Positions 27,693 to 36,973 of a stretch of 64,000 nucleotides of DNA are shown here, piece after piece (positions within the stretch are counted from its first letter, which is position 1; every line of letters starts with the position of its first letter). The DNA comes from a virus: positions 160,618-224,617 of IMG/VR virus record IMGVR_UViG_3300048854_000232; one strand, 5' to 3'. The position numbers were made by a program, and so were the translations under genes. The notes beneath the pieces are model-generated. The model was not told the origin of the DNA. It saw only the letters and a list, made by a program, of their open reading frames with translations, and made no database searches.

Positions 27693-29261
27693 ATGACCGA
27701 TCCAATCTTCGCCCGTCCCACGCCTGTGATCAGTGCCAGCGGTTGGTTTATCGAACCCGTCTCGCACAACGACAGCCTTTACGGTAAGGCTGATGCGTCC
27801 GTCCGTGGTCCGTTGAACGATCCCGATTGCCAGCTGGGGGCGGACATCGCGCATTTCTCCCAGGTCTTCCATTACCGGTTGACCCCGGACGATCATGCTG
27901 TCATGGTCGTGGGTATCAACACCCTGACTGACCTGCTCAAGGCGTACAGCGGCGTGACCGAGGGAGACGTACACTTCTCCAAGGACTTCCAAGAAGGTTA
28001 CGCCAACCGTCTGCTGGCGATGGGTCACCAGACCGATCCGGTCACCTCGCAGTTGGTGATCTCACCGGCCGTCAATACCAAGCCGGTTCTGCGGCCGGTC
28101 CAAGTCACCGACGGTCTGGGTAACCAGAGCGTGCAGCATCACACGGTCGATGGCCGGGTGCAGATGGTGACCGAGATGACCGTGGGCGATAAGTACTTCG
28201 GCCTCGGTGATTCGCTGGCCCCGACGACCATCGCCGATGACAGCTTTTCGGTCATGCCCGCGGCGAACACCCCGCTGGACCTGTTGGAAGAAGCCGCCCG
28301 GCGGAACCTGCCACCGCCGCCGGTCAAGCTCCCCGATGGCGCCGACCCGCGCCAGACGATGTCTAAGGCTGACTCACTGCGCATGGACATGGAGCAGAAG
28401 GATTACTTGGTCCTCTTCACCAAGCGCGCTCCTACGGCCCCTTGGGAGTCGTCCTTGATCCTCTTCCAGCCGGAAGTGCCGGCGTGGGACGAGAAGGACC
28501 CCAGTCGTGGGCGGTACATCCGCGTCCCGGTCGAGACCTCGAAAGAACGGACCACCTACGTGTTCCATAAACACGCCGGGCGACCCGAGTTCGTGCCCGT
28601 GCTGACGGGTCAACCGGAGTGGACGCACATGCCCTGGGCCCAGGCGCAGCTGCTCCTGGACTGGAATGCGATCGAACCTATCCTCGGTGCAAACGGCGCG
28701 CCTTACGATCGGATCGTGGCTGAGGAAGAATCCACCTGGGGCGAATCTCGCGCTGCTAACGATGAGACCTCGCACATCGATGGGGTCAACATCCAGGTGG
28801 TCGGTAATATCCCGGAAGATTCGGTCAGCCTCGTGCCGTTGGCCAGTCGGGTGGCGTACCGTGAAGGCGAGCGTCCCTTCTCGATCCAGTCCCAGGATGG
28901 CTCACCGTTCTTCGTGGCCAAGCCCGACCTCGAAGAAGCCGAGTGGTGGGAAGTGTACCTCTCCCACGATGCAGCACTCTCCAAGATCCTACCGCTGCAG
29001 TTGCTGATGTCTGATGATCACACGGTGACCGAGTATTTCATCGTCTACGAAAGTCGTGAAGGCAACACCATGTACGGCACGCGTTACCTGGAAAGCGAGG
29101 CCTCGGCCGCCGAAGAAGCAGCGCCGATCACCACGAACCTGGCCAACCGTCAGTACGTGTTCATCCGGCCGTGGGGTCGTAGGGGACTGCGTCTGCTGCG
29201 CGAAGGCGTAGTGGTCCGTTTCCCGACCAAGCCCAAGCTCACCGTGTTCCCGATCCTGTAA
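27693..29261 (+). CDS. Hypothetical protein
   Basis: 522-aa ORF with typical codon usage; start position uncertain. Confidence 0.7.
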   Translation: MTDPIFARPTPVISASGWFIEPVSHNDSLYGKADASVRGPLNDPDCQLGADIAHFSQVFHYRLTPDDHAVMVVGINTLTDLLKAYSGVTEGDVHFSKDFQEGYANRLLAMGHQTDPVTSQLVISPAVNTKPVLRPVQVTDGLGNQSVQHHTVDGRVQMVTEMTVGDKYFGLGDSLAPTTIADDSFSVMPAANTPLDLLEEAARRNLPPPPVKLPDGADPRQTMSKADSLRMDMEQKDYLVLFTKRAPTAPWESSLILFQPEVPAWDEKDPSRGRYIRVPVETSKERTTYVFHKHAGRPEFVPVLTGQPEWTHMPWAQAQLLLDWNAIEPILGANGAPYDRIVAEEESTWGESRAANDETSHIDGVNIQVVGNIPEDSVSLVPLASRVAYREGERPFSIQSQDGSPFFVAKPDLEEAEWWEVYLSHDAALSKILPLQLLMSDDHTVTEYFIVYESREGNTMYGTRYLESEASAAEEAAPITTNLANRQYVFIRPWGRRGLRLLREGVVVRFPTKPKLTVFPIL

Positions 29262-29264
29262 CAC

Positions 29265-29297
29265 CATAGCGCCCCTCCTTCGGGAGGGGACTATGCC
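29265..29297 (+). terminator. Hairpin terminator + TATGCC
   Basis: CCCCTCC-TTCG-GGAGGGG then ACTATGCC. Confidence 0.75.
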
Positions 29298-29304
29298 CTA
29301 AGGG

Positions 29305-29331
29305 TTGTATGGGATTTGAAACCTATACTAC
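29305..29331 (+). promoter_or_regulatory. Putative phage early promoter (variant)
   Basis: TTGTATGGGATTTGAAACCTATACTAC. Confidence 0.5.
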
Positions 29332-29401
29332 CTATTTGCACAAAGACGGATACACCAATCCCAACGTGCACTTCACTTAACTCCTACACCAAGGAATCAG
29401 C

Positions 29402-30160
29402 ATGATCCGTAAAACCAATCTTTCCTCGAAGATCGGCAAGTTCAACGACAAGCAGTTCGAAGAGCCGATCGAGTACAACCCGGACTGGCGTGGCTTCAAC
29501 GGCTACCTCCTTCACGTACCGCGTGAGAAGCTGTTCATGGAACGCTCTCCCGACACCGTCCTGGTGGGCTTGCACCCGATCAAGTACCAGGAAGAAGAAC
29601 CCGGTCAGCGCTTTGCAAAACACCGCATCTACCGTGACCGCGTGGAACAAGAGTGGGGCGATCATGGGTTGGTGGTCATCACGGACAACGCTGCCGAACT
29701 CTACGACATGTCGGCTCGTCGTCGCCCCAAACTCGACCGCCGTTGGGACCGCTTCTTCACGGACACGGGTCTAGACATGTGGGAGATCACTGGCGAGACC
29801 CGCTGGGAGAATGTCGTTATCAACTCGGACCGTATCCCGGCTACGTGGTACGCGTACTTCCAGCAGCTAACGCATGCTGCCTATAAAGCCTTCCATCGCC
29901 ATGATATCCGCACCACAGACCCAGTAGCAAAAAGACTGGGCCGCCTCACCGAGGACAACCCCTGCGCAATGGACCGACCGACCGGTCTGAAATCCCGTGT
30001 GCTCTATCGGCACCTGATGCAATGCTTCGGATCGCAACTTACCCGGGATGTGCTGGAAGCGGCAGAGCTGATGACCGCAGCGATCAAGCCTATCGCCGCG
30101 TATGGTCGCTTCCGCTTGGCCGATGATCCCTCGCTCGATCCGTCAGATATCTCGTTTTAA
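29402..30160 (+). CDS. Hypothetical protein
   Basis: SD AAGGA; shares IxYNPDW...GY with 30276-30668. Confidence 0.65.
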   Translation: MIRKTNLSSKIGKFNDKQFEEPIEYNPDWRGFNGYLLHVPREKLFMERSPDTVLVGLHPIKYQEEEPGQRFAKHRIYRDRVEQEWGDHGLVVITDNAAELYDMSARRRPKLDRRWDRFFTDTGLDMWEITGETRWENVVINSDRIPATWYAYFQQLTHAAYKAFHRHDIRTTDPVAKRLGRLTEDNPCAMDRPTGLKSRVLYRHLMQCFGSQLTRDVLEAAELMTAAIKPIAAYGRFRLADDPSLDPSDISF

Positions 30161-30275
30161 GCTTTTGTCCTACCCAGTGCGTCCGAGACTAGGGGAAACT
30201 CTAGGGGGTAATCCCAGGACTCTTTCCACGACTAAGGCTCGGGCCTTCTTCGTACCTCATTGAACTGGAAAACTC

Positions 30276-30668
30276 ATGAAGCACGAAGTCTATACCGTCC
30301 CACGGGAAGCTGAACAGCCCTACCGGGATTTTGTTACCCTCACCAATTCGCCGAAGGTTCGTCGGATCCCTTACAACCCCGACTGGCATTTGGCAGACGA
30401 AGGGTATCAGATACTGTTTGTCAATGGAGAGTTTCCGCAGGTTCTCTCCAAGACGACCACTCCCAATGGCCGCCGCGTTTTGTTCATTCCTCTCGATGGT
30501 GCGGGGAAGTTTACGGTCGTGTGCGAGTTGGACAAGGCGGTTCCCGGACTGTTCTCGGAGTTAGGCTATATCGAATCCATCGGCGATGGTCAGATAAATG
30601 GCGGTGGGGTGACCTTCGACCGCAAGATCACCCAGAAGCTGTCTGAGCTGGTGGCAACGATACGTTAA
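30276..30668 (+). CDS. Hypothetical protein
   Basis: 130 aa; IPYNPDW motif. Confidence 0.6.
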   Translation: MKHEVYTVPREAEQPYRDFVTLTNSPKVRRIPYNPDWHLADEGYQILFVNGEFPQVLSKTTTPNGRRVLFIPLDGAGKFTVVCELDKAVPGLFSELGYIESIGDGQINGGGVTFDRKITQKLSELVATIR

Positions 30669-30724
30669 ATGCATAGTGCCCCTCCCCGTTTGGGGAGGGG
30701 TTATGTGGGCCTCATTTTCTTTGA

Positions 30725-30751
30725 ATGAACCTACTTTCAAACCTATAGTAC
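30725..30751 (+). promoter_or_regulatory. Putative phage early promoter
   Basis: ATGAACCTACTTTCAAACCTATAGTAC, directly after the hairpin at 30671-30706. Confidence 0.65.
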
Positions 30752-30794
30752 TCGGGTGAACCCTAACCCTACTCCATTCAAGAAGGACTTTATC

Positions 30795-31715
30795 ATGAAG
30801 CGTATCAGCATTCTGAGCTTTATCTTGGGCGTTGTTCTCACCGCCGGTGCGTGCAGCATCCACGCGCAGTCCGCTCCGCAGTCCAAGTCCGCTGGTCTGG
30901 GCGTCAGCCTGACGATCGTGCGTGACGATGCACCGGCTGCGGCTTCCACTGCGCCGACCCCGGCCAACGTGCGTCAGAAGGCGCTGAAGAAAGCCACCGT
31001 CAAGCCGAGCTCCACCGGCACCTCGACGATGGCCACCAGCAGCAGCGCGAGCTTCTCGGTCGATACCGAGGACAACGGCGGTTGGAAGTCGGTCAGCCCG
31101 ACCACCGAAAAGAAGACGGCGAACGGCCATACGTTCTATCGTGGTGTGGGTGAAGGTACGTCCAGCTCCGATGCCCATGCGGATGGGTCCAACGCCGACG
31201 CTCACAGCGTGAGCAGTGGCGTCAGCACGGCGGTCAATCAATACAACCCCGCTGTTGACTACAAGGTCGATCGTCAGGTCAAGGGCGTGAAGCTGGTAAA
31301 CAGCAGCAATAATTTCTCGGCCAGCTACCCGCACAACTTCAGCGCGCGCGACAGCAACGCTCGTTGTGCTGGTGAAGGTCTGGACGGCGTGTCCGCGTAC
31401 TGTGGCCCGATGAGCGTGAAGACCCAGGAGATGGTCAATGCCGTGGGCCGGACGGCCTACGAGACCATGCTGAACGGTAAGAAGAAGCTTTCCGCTGCGG
31501 ACCGTGACCTGGTGTTTCGCATGATGCAGCGTCAGTACCTGGCCTCGTATGCGGAGGAGCATCATTACATCTTCCGCCTGACGGTCAAGGACCCGGCCGG
31601 CATGCCGATGCTCGTGGCCACGTACACCAACATGAACGATTGCATTGACCTGGGTAACGCCGCCGTGCAGTCGAAGGCTTTCGAGAACTTCGCGTGCCAG
31701 AAAGTCGAGATCTAA
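30795..31715 (+). CDS. Secreted/periplasmic protein
   Basis: N-terminal signal peptide MKRISILSFILGVVLTAGACSIHA; Ser/Thr-rich linker; paired cysteines. Confidence 0.65.
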   Translation: MKRISILSFILGVVLTAGACSIHAQSAPQSKSAGLGVSLTIVRDDAPAAASTAPTPANVRQKALKKATVKPSSTGTSTMATSSSASFSVDTEDNGGWKSVSPTTEKKTANGHTFYRGVGEGTSSSDAHADGSNADAHSVSSGVSTAVNQYNPAVDYKVDRQVKGVKLVNSSNNFSASYPHNFSARDSNARCAGEGLDGVSAYCGPMSVKTQEMVNAVGRTAYETMLNGKKKLSAADRDLVFRMMQRQYLASYAEEHHYIFRLTVKDPAGMPMLVATYTNMNDCIDLGNAAVQSKAFENFACQKVEI

Positions 31716-31755
31716 GTTCAACCTAACACCCCTCCACGGAATCAAGGAATTGATC

Positions 31756-32079
31756 ATGAAGTTCGTTACTCGTTTTGCCGTCAAGTGTGTTTTGGCTCTG
31801 ACGGTTTCTGCTTTGGTCGGCTCGGTGGTCCCGGCCCATGCCGCTGCCGCGCTCAAGCCGATCGTTGGCCATCCGGCCACGCTGTGGATCACCAAGATGC
31901 CCCATCTCAGCTCCGATGGTGAACTCATCAAAACCGAGAGCGCTCTGGCCGAGGTCCTGACGATGGAAGAGTGCATGCGTTCGGCCGACCAGGTCAACGA
32001 CATGCACCTGCCGCACGTCATTGCCGTGTGCACGACGGAAGATCGTCTGCGCGTCACGATCGAACACGCTGATAAGTAA
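31756..32079 (+). CDS. Small secreted protein
   Basis: Signal peptide ending AHA; TMEEC...AVC motif. Confidence 0.6.
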   Translation: MKFVTRFAVKCVLALTVSALVGSVVPAHAAAALKPIVGHPATLWITKMPHLSSDGELIKTESALAEVLTMEECMRSADQVNDMHLPHVIAVCTTEDRLRVTIEHADK

Positions 32080-32088
32080 GGACTCCCC

Positions 32089-32775
32089 ATGATCCGCAAG
32101 TTGCATTATCAGATCATCCCGATGGACCTGAGCCAGTCGGACACCATGTGGCAGGAACGCTTCAGCACGATCGTCGATGACATTTCCGCTCTCCGGGATG
32201 TTCCGTCCTTGAGCGAGTTGGATCGACTCACTGTGCTGAAGAAGCTGGAAGAGCATGCCCAGCACGGTAACGCCCAGGGCGGCTTTCCGATCCTGCTGTC
32301 CCAGACCCCAATCGCCGGCCCGAACCAGATGTTGTCGTTCGATCCGCAGCACCACAACGTGGCGGCATGTTTTATCCATTATCCGGCTGAGATGGTCGGT
32401 AACTGGGAAGAGCATCTGGAGTTTACTCTGAAGACCCACGCTGAGCGCTGGGTGCAGATCCAGGAATGGTGGCAGAAGCTGGGTCCGGCACTGGATGAGT
32501 CCGAGCAAAACAACCGCAACGTTCGGTTGGCGATCACCGTCACCGAAGCTTTGAGCGCAGCCAGCGACGTACTTCAGAACCGCTTGACAACGCTGGAAGG
32601 CATCCCGTCGTTCGGCCTGCCTTTCGCGATCCTCAACGCGTATATCGAAGGCCCGTTACGCTCCTTGAAAATCCGCTTCGCCGAGGCGATCGAGGCCGGC
32701 TGGAAGATCGAGTTCCATTCGCATCACGGCCCGTCGGGTTCGTTCACCGGCGTCTTCCTTTTCACCAGCACGTAA
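32089..32775 (+). CDS. Hypothetical protein
   Basis: SD AAGGA; 228 aa. Confidence 0.6.
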   Translation: MIRKLHYQIIPMDLSQSDTMWQERFSTIVDDISALRDVPSLSELDRLTVLKKLEEHAQHGNAQGGFPILLSQTPIAGPNQMLSFDPQHHNVAACFIHYPAEMVGNWEEHLEFTLKTHAERWVQIQEWWQKLGPALDESEQNNRNVRLAITVTEALSAASDVLQNRLTTLEGIPSFGLPFAILNAYIEGPLRSLKIRFAEAIEAGWKIEFHSHHGPSGSFTGVFLFTST

Positions 32776-32800
32776 TTCTTTCACTTTACAAGGAACCGTT

Positions 32801-33277
32801 ATGTCGGTGATCACGCAAATGCTTGTGGAGAACATCCACCAGTTCGGTTTCAGCTACGTCGGCGTTGCCGCAGGCGAAGATCACTACAAAGAGCCCAGTC
32901 ACATCTACACGGTGGGGTTGGTGAACTTCGGTCTGCCCGAGCTCATCTTGATTGGCAACATGAATGCCGGGACGATGAACTATGTCATGCAGACGATCGG
33001 TGACCGTTGGATTGCGCAGAAGGGCTACAGCCTCGACGAGGTGTCGGACGTGATCGTTCACCGGGACGGTCGTGATCCACTCCCGCTTCGTTTTGCTGAA
33101 GTAGCCGTGGAACCGGTGGTCGAGAAGTACATGCACCAGCACTGGCCCGCCATCCAACAGCGCCCGCTCAAGATGGTCCAGGTCATCTGGCCGGATCAGA
33201 ACGGCAAGTTCCCCGATGACCCCGCTTTCGATAGCATCCAGGTCGGTCCCCAGCCGTTGTTGGAACTGGCTCGTTAA
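32801..33277 (+). CDS. DUF4262-family protein
   Basis: YTVGL..FGLPELILIG...QVIWPDQNGKFP. Confidence 0.75.
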   Translation: MSVITQMLVENIHQFGFSYVGVAAGEDHYKEPSHIYTVGLVNFGLPELILIGNMNAGTMNYVMQTIGDRWIAQKGYSLDEVSDVIVHRDGRDPLPLRFAEVAVEPVVEKYMHQHWPAIQQRPLKMVQVIWPDQNGKFPDDPAFDSIQVGPQPLLELAR

Positions 33278-33410
33278 ATTTCACCGTTGTGTGAATGCTA
33301 TGCCACGCGTGAGCGTGCGCATTTAGGAAGCGCCCCCTTAGGCCCGGAAGAGTTCGACTCAACCCGCCTCGCTTCCGCATCATCAAGTCATCGATGATGT
33401 TCTCGATGTT

Positions 33411-33442
33411 CCCCAGGGCTTCGGCCCTGGGGTTTTATGCCG
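33411..33442 (+). terminator. Hairpin terminator + TATGCC
   Basis: CCCCAGGGC-TTCG-GCCCTGGGG TTTTATGCCG; a second hairpin + TATGTC lies at 33473-33505. Confidence 0.8.
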
Positions 33443-33559
33443 TTCCCTTCGTTGAAACCTTTTCCTGCCTATCTCCACCCACGTTGGGTGGAGGGGCTTA
33501 TGTCGCAGTACCGTTACTCCTCGCAGTAAACCTACTCTCAATCATTCAAGGAATTCAAA

Positions 33560-35695
33560 ATGAACCGTACCATTCTTTCGCTCTCCGTCCTCGCTCTGTC
33601 GATCACCTCCGTCCTGCACACCGCGCACGCTCAGGCGGTTTCGGGCGGTCTCGATCCGTTCCACCCGTGCCTGGAAGTCGGCAGCCAGCTGGCTTGCGGT
33701 AACGGCTCCTCGATCCCGGCTGTCGATCCGCAGGGTAACCCCTCGGGTCAGGTGATCGCCATCGGCGGCACCGCTTCGGGCAACCAGACCATCGAGATCG
33801 GTTACGGCTCCACCGCCAACTACGCTTCCACGGTCGTTGGTATGGCTGCCTCGGGCATGGGCCTGAACTCGGCCAACCGCAATGGCGATTACACTGGCTT
33901 CGCGGCGGTGTTCGGCAACGGTTCGCAGGGTAACGGTTACGGCTCGACTGCCCTGGGTGGTTACGCTGCGATCGCCAACAGCTATGCCTCGACCGCGATC
34001 GGCCTGCACGCCACGGCCGGTACCACCGACGCCAACGGCGGCAACGGTGACATCGCTGTGGGCTCGGCTGCCACTACGATGGTTGCTACCGGCGACCAGA
34101 CCTCCGGCAACATCGCGATCGGTTCGTCGGCCGGCACCGTTGCCGGTGGCTCTCCGGCGGGCCAGTCGATCTACGGCGGTCAGACCACGGCCACCGGTGG
34201 CAACGCCATCGCGTTGGGCACGGGTGCGGTCGCAGCGGCGGATCGTTCCATCGCTATCGGTAACCTCGCGTCCACCAGCAGCAACCAGTCGGTGGTGATC
34301 GGTAGCGAGTCGACCACGATCGGTAAGTACGGCGCCACCTCGGTGGGTTCGGCTTCGCTGTCCGAAGGCAAGACCCACATCACCGGCCAGTTCGGTTCCA
34401 CGGTCGGTTTCGCGTCCAACGCCCAGGGCGTCGGTGACACGGCTATCGGTGCGTACGCCAACACGGGTGCGGGCAATGGCAATGCCTCGGACGATTCCAG
34501 CGACAGCTACCGTACGGCCATCGGCTACAAGTCCTCGGCTACCGGTGAAGCTGCTGCCGCACTGGGTGCGTTCAACGTGGCCTCGGGCCTGGGTTCGGTC
34601 TCGCTGGGTTACGGTGCCCGTTCGACGGGTACCACCTCGGTGGCGCTGGGCGCTGGTTCCAATGACTACGGTCGTACGAACGTCGTCAGCGTGGGTTCGG
34701 TCGGTAACGAGCGTACCATCACCAACGTCGCCGCGGGCGTCAACACCACCGATGCGGTGAACAAGGGTCAGCTCGACGGCGCGGTTGCCGGCGTGACGGA
34801 TTCGATCCACCAGTCGGTGAGCTCGCTGCAGACGGACATCAGCAACCTCGGTACGGCCCTGAACGATGGCGATCACGTGTCGGCAGTCGGCATCGCCGCC
34901 GCGCAGGGTACGGCCAACCAGGCACTGCAGAACAGCCAGAGCAACACCTCGGCCATTGCCACCACCAACACCCAGGTCGTCGCCAACACGGTGCAGATCC
35001 AGGCGCTGGTGAATGGTCAGGCTGGCGTGTGCACGGTGTCCAACGGTGCGCTGTCGTGCGGTACGGGCTCCTCGGCAACGGGTGCCGGTGCGCTTGCCGT
35101 AGGTACCAACGCGACGGCCTCCACGGCCGGCTCGGTGGCCCTGGGTAATGGTGCGCAGGCCAAGGGTGACCCGACGGTTGCCATCGGTCAGAACGCCATC
35201 GCCAACGGCAACAATTCCGTCGCCATCGGCGCCGGTGCAGTGGCCAACGGGACCAACTCGGTGGCCCTGGGTGCGGGTACGGTTGCGGCACGTGACAACT
35301 CGGTGGATGTGGGCGGTCGTCAGATCACTTCGGTGGCTGCCGGTACCCAGCCGACCGACGCGGTCAACGTCTCGCAGCTGAACTCGATGCAGTCGGCCGG
35401 TAACGCCTACGCCGATGGCGCAGCAGCAAAGGCCTATGGTCAGGCACGCTCGTACGCAGCTTCGGCTGTGGCACAGGCGCTGGCCATGCCGTCGATCCCG
35501 CAGCTGGCCGAAGGTCAGAAGTGGGTGGGTGCGGCTGCAGGTAACTATGATGGGAAGAGCGCGCTGGGTGTGGCGTTCGGCTATCAGGTGACCGCCGGCT
35601 GGAACATCGGCGGCGGCGTGTCGTCGGCGCTGTCCTCCAGCGATGGTAACAAGTCCCACCTGGCCATCAAGGTCCAGACGGGTTACGCGTGGTAA
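33560..35695 (+). CDS. YadA-like trimeric autotransporter adhesin
   Basis: Signal peptide; many (S/A)xAIG head repeats; neck motifs ITNVAAG..TDAVN and ITSVAAG..TDAVNVSQL; beta-barrel anchor ending GYAW. Confidence 0.92.
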   Translation: MNRTILSLSVLALSITSVLHTAHAQAVSGGLDPFHPCLEVGSQLACGNGSSIPAVDPQGNPSGQVIAIGGTASGNQTIEIGYGSTANYASTVVGMAASGMGLNSANRNGDYTGFAAVFGNGSQGNGYGSTALGGYAAIANSYASTAIGLHATAGTTDANGGNGDIAVGSAATTMVATGDQTSGNIAIGSSAGTVAGGSPAGQSIYGGQTTATGGNAIALGTGAVAAADRSIAIGNLASTSSNQSVVIGSESTTIGKYGATSVGSASLSEGKTHITGQFGSTVGFASNAQGVGDTAIGAYANTGAGNGNASDDSSDSYRTAIGYKSSATGEAAAALGAFNVASGLGSVSLGYGARSTGTTSVALGAGSNDYGRTNVVSVGSVGNERTITNVAAGVNTTDAVNKGQLDGAVAGVTDSIHQSVSSLQTDISNLGTALNDGDHVSAVGIAAAQGTANQALQNSQSNTSAIATTNTQVVANTVQIQALVNGQAGVCTVSNGALSCGTGSSATGAGALAVGTNATASTAGSVALGNGAQAKGDPTVAIGQNAIANGNNSVAIGAGAVANGTNSVALGAGTVAARDNSVDVGGRQITSVAAGTQPTDAVNVSQLNSMQSAGNAYADGAAAKAYGQARSYAASAVAQALAMPSIPQLAEGQKWVGAAAGNYDGKSALGVAFGYQVTAGWNIGGGVSSALSSSDGNKSHLAIKVQTGYAW

Positions 35696-35714
35696 TCAAC
35701 TCAACGAGGTAATC

Positions 35715-35852
35715 ATGAAGTCGCTTCTCGCTAAAACGCTGTTCGTGGGTCTGACGGTGCTTTCGCTGTCGGGCTGTGTGTTCGTCGATCATCGTGGCGG
35801 CTATCATGGCTACCACGGTTACCGCGGCGGGTACCATCACAGTCGCTGGTAA
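35715..35852 (+). CDS. Small Gly/His/Tyr-rich lipoprotein
   Basis: SD GAGGT; lipobox LSG-C; GGYHGYHGYRGGYHH tail. Confidence 0.7.
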   Translation: MKSLLAKTLFVGLTVLSLSGCVFVDHRGGYHGYHGYRGGYHHSRW

Positions 35853-35859
35853 CCCGTAG

Positions 35860-35900
35860 GGCATAGACGCTCCTCCTCCCTTAACGGGAGGAGGAGCTTT
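35860..35900. terminator. Bidirectional terminator (TATGCC on the minus strand)
   Basis: GGCATA then GCTCCTCCTCCC / GGGAGGAGGAGC between convergent genes. Confidence 0.75.
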
Positions 35901-35908
35901 CCTGTGTC

Positions 35909-36973
35909 TTATTTTTCTTCGACGGGATCGGTGATGCGCGCGGCCGAACGGAAAGGGCTCTTCTTGATTTGCGGCAGGTCCTCGACCGGTTCCTTGAACG
36001 ACTCCAGGCCATCCAGCGAATCCAGCCAGCTTTCCTGACTGGCCGTGTCACCCTCCAGCGGCGGCTTGGTGATCACCGTCTGGTGCAGCATCAACGAAAT
36101 AGCCAACTGCAACCGATCGATGCGATCGCAGAGGATGTCGAAGATGTCCGTCGCGCAGGCCGGAACGTAGTCGCCCGCAAACAGCAGGTTGGCCGGATCG
36201 TCCTGATGTACCGCTTCGAAGACACCGTCTGCACGGAACGGCGGATCGTCGAAGTACATCGTGTCGTTGTTCTTCTCGATCTCCTCTTCAGCCTCGAACA
36301 CTTCCCCCCAGAGCTTGAAGAGTTCCACTTCCACCTTGGCCAGTTTCACCACATCCGCAGCACTGAGCGGCTGCACTCGAACTTCGACCGGCTTACCGAT
36401 CGGGAACAAGGGCTTGAACACGGGAAGATCGACGTCGTAATCTTCTTCACCGCTTTCGGTCCACGAGCCCTGGTTGGCCGGACCCATCATTGCAGCCGTG
36501 GGCAGATGTCCCTGCAGTACCTGCGCCGGCGACGGCGGGCGTTTGGCCATCTGGGCTGGGATGAGTCTCTTCAACTCCTCCAGGTCTTTCCAGTGGTGTT
36601 CGACCAGCTTCCAGGTCTCGCTAGCCCAGTGGATATACCGCAGGTTCGCCGCCTTGACCTGGGGGAGAAGCTGCCGATACACCGCCAGGTCACGTGTAAT
36701 CTCGGCAACCAGGTTCTCCACCGGTCGACCACCCCGCGTGAGGTAGTTGGCCAGGCTGTGGTGAATGAAGAAAGGCGCATCACGACACTGGGCCCGCGCC
36801 ATCCATTCGGGGTTGCCGTAGTACTCGGTGGCCGCCTTGTACCCGAGAGCCTTGACCTGCTGTTCCTTCGGAGACTCTTTGTCGTCTTCCCAGAGCTTCT
36901 TGAGCGTGTCGTACCAACCTTCCGTGGAGGCGATACCGTGAGGGCGCATGAATTGGTGCAACAGGTTATTCAC
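35909..36973 (-). CDS. Probable processed virion head protein
   Basis: GTG start overlapping the helicase stop, with SD AAGGA; N-terminal ASTE-G site and C-terminal SQE and GLE sites. Confidence 0.6.
   Translation of the reverse strand: MNNLLHQFMRPHGIASTEGWYDTLKKLWEDDKESPKEQQVKALGYKAATEYYGNPEWMARAQCRDAPFFIHHSLANYLTRGGRPVENLVAEITRDLAVYRQLLPQVKAANLRYIHWASETWKLVEHHWKDLEELKRLIPAQMAKRPPSPAQVLQGHLPTAAMMGPANQGSWTESGEEDYDVDLPVFKPLFPIGKPVEVRVQPLSAADVVKLAKVEVELFKLWGEVFEAEEEIEKNNDTMYFDDPPFRADGVFEAVHQDDPANLLFAGDYVPACATDIFDILCDRIDRLQLAISLMLHQTVITKPPLEGDTASQESWLDSLDGLESFKEPVEDLPQIKKSPFRSAARITDPVEEK

Noticed and set aside
33326-33379. tRNA (tRNA-Sec-like ends GGAAG...CTTCCGC with GTTCGAC)
   Set aside because: Only 54 nt, with no D or anticodon arm and no CCA; kept only as a structured-RNA candidate.
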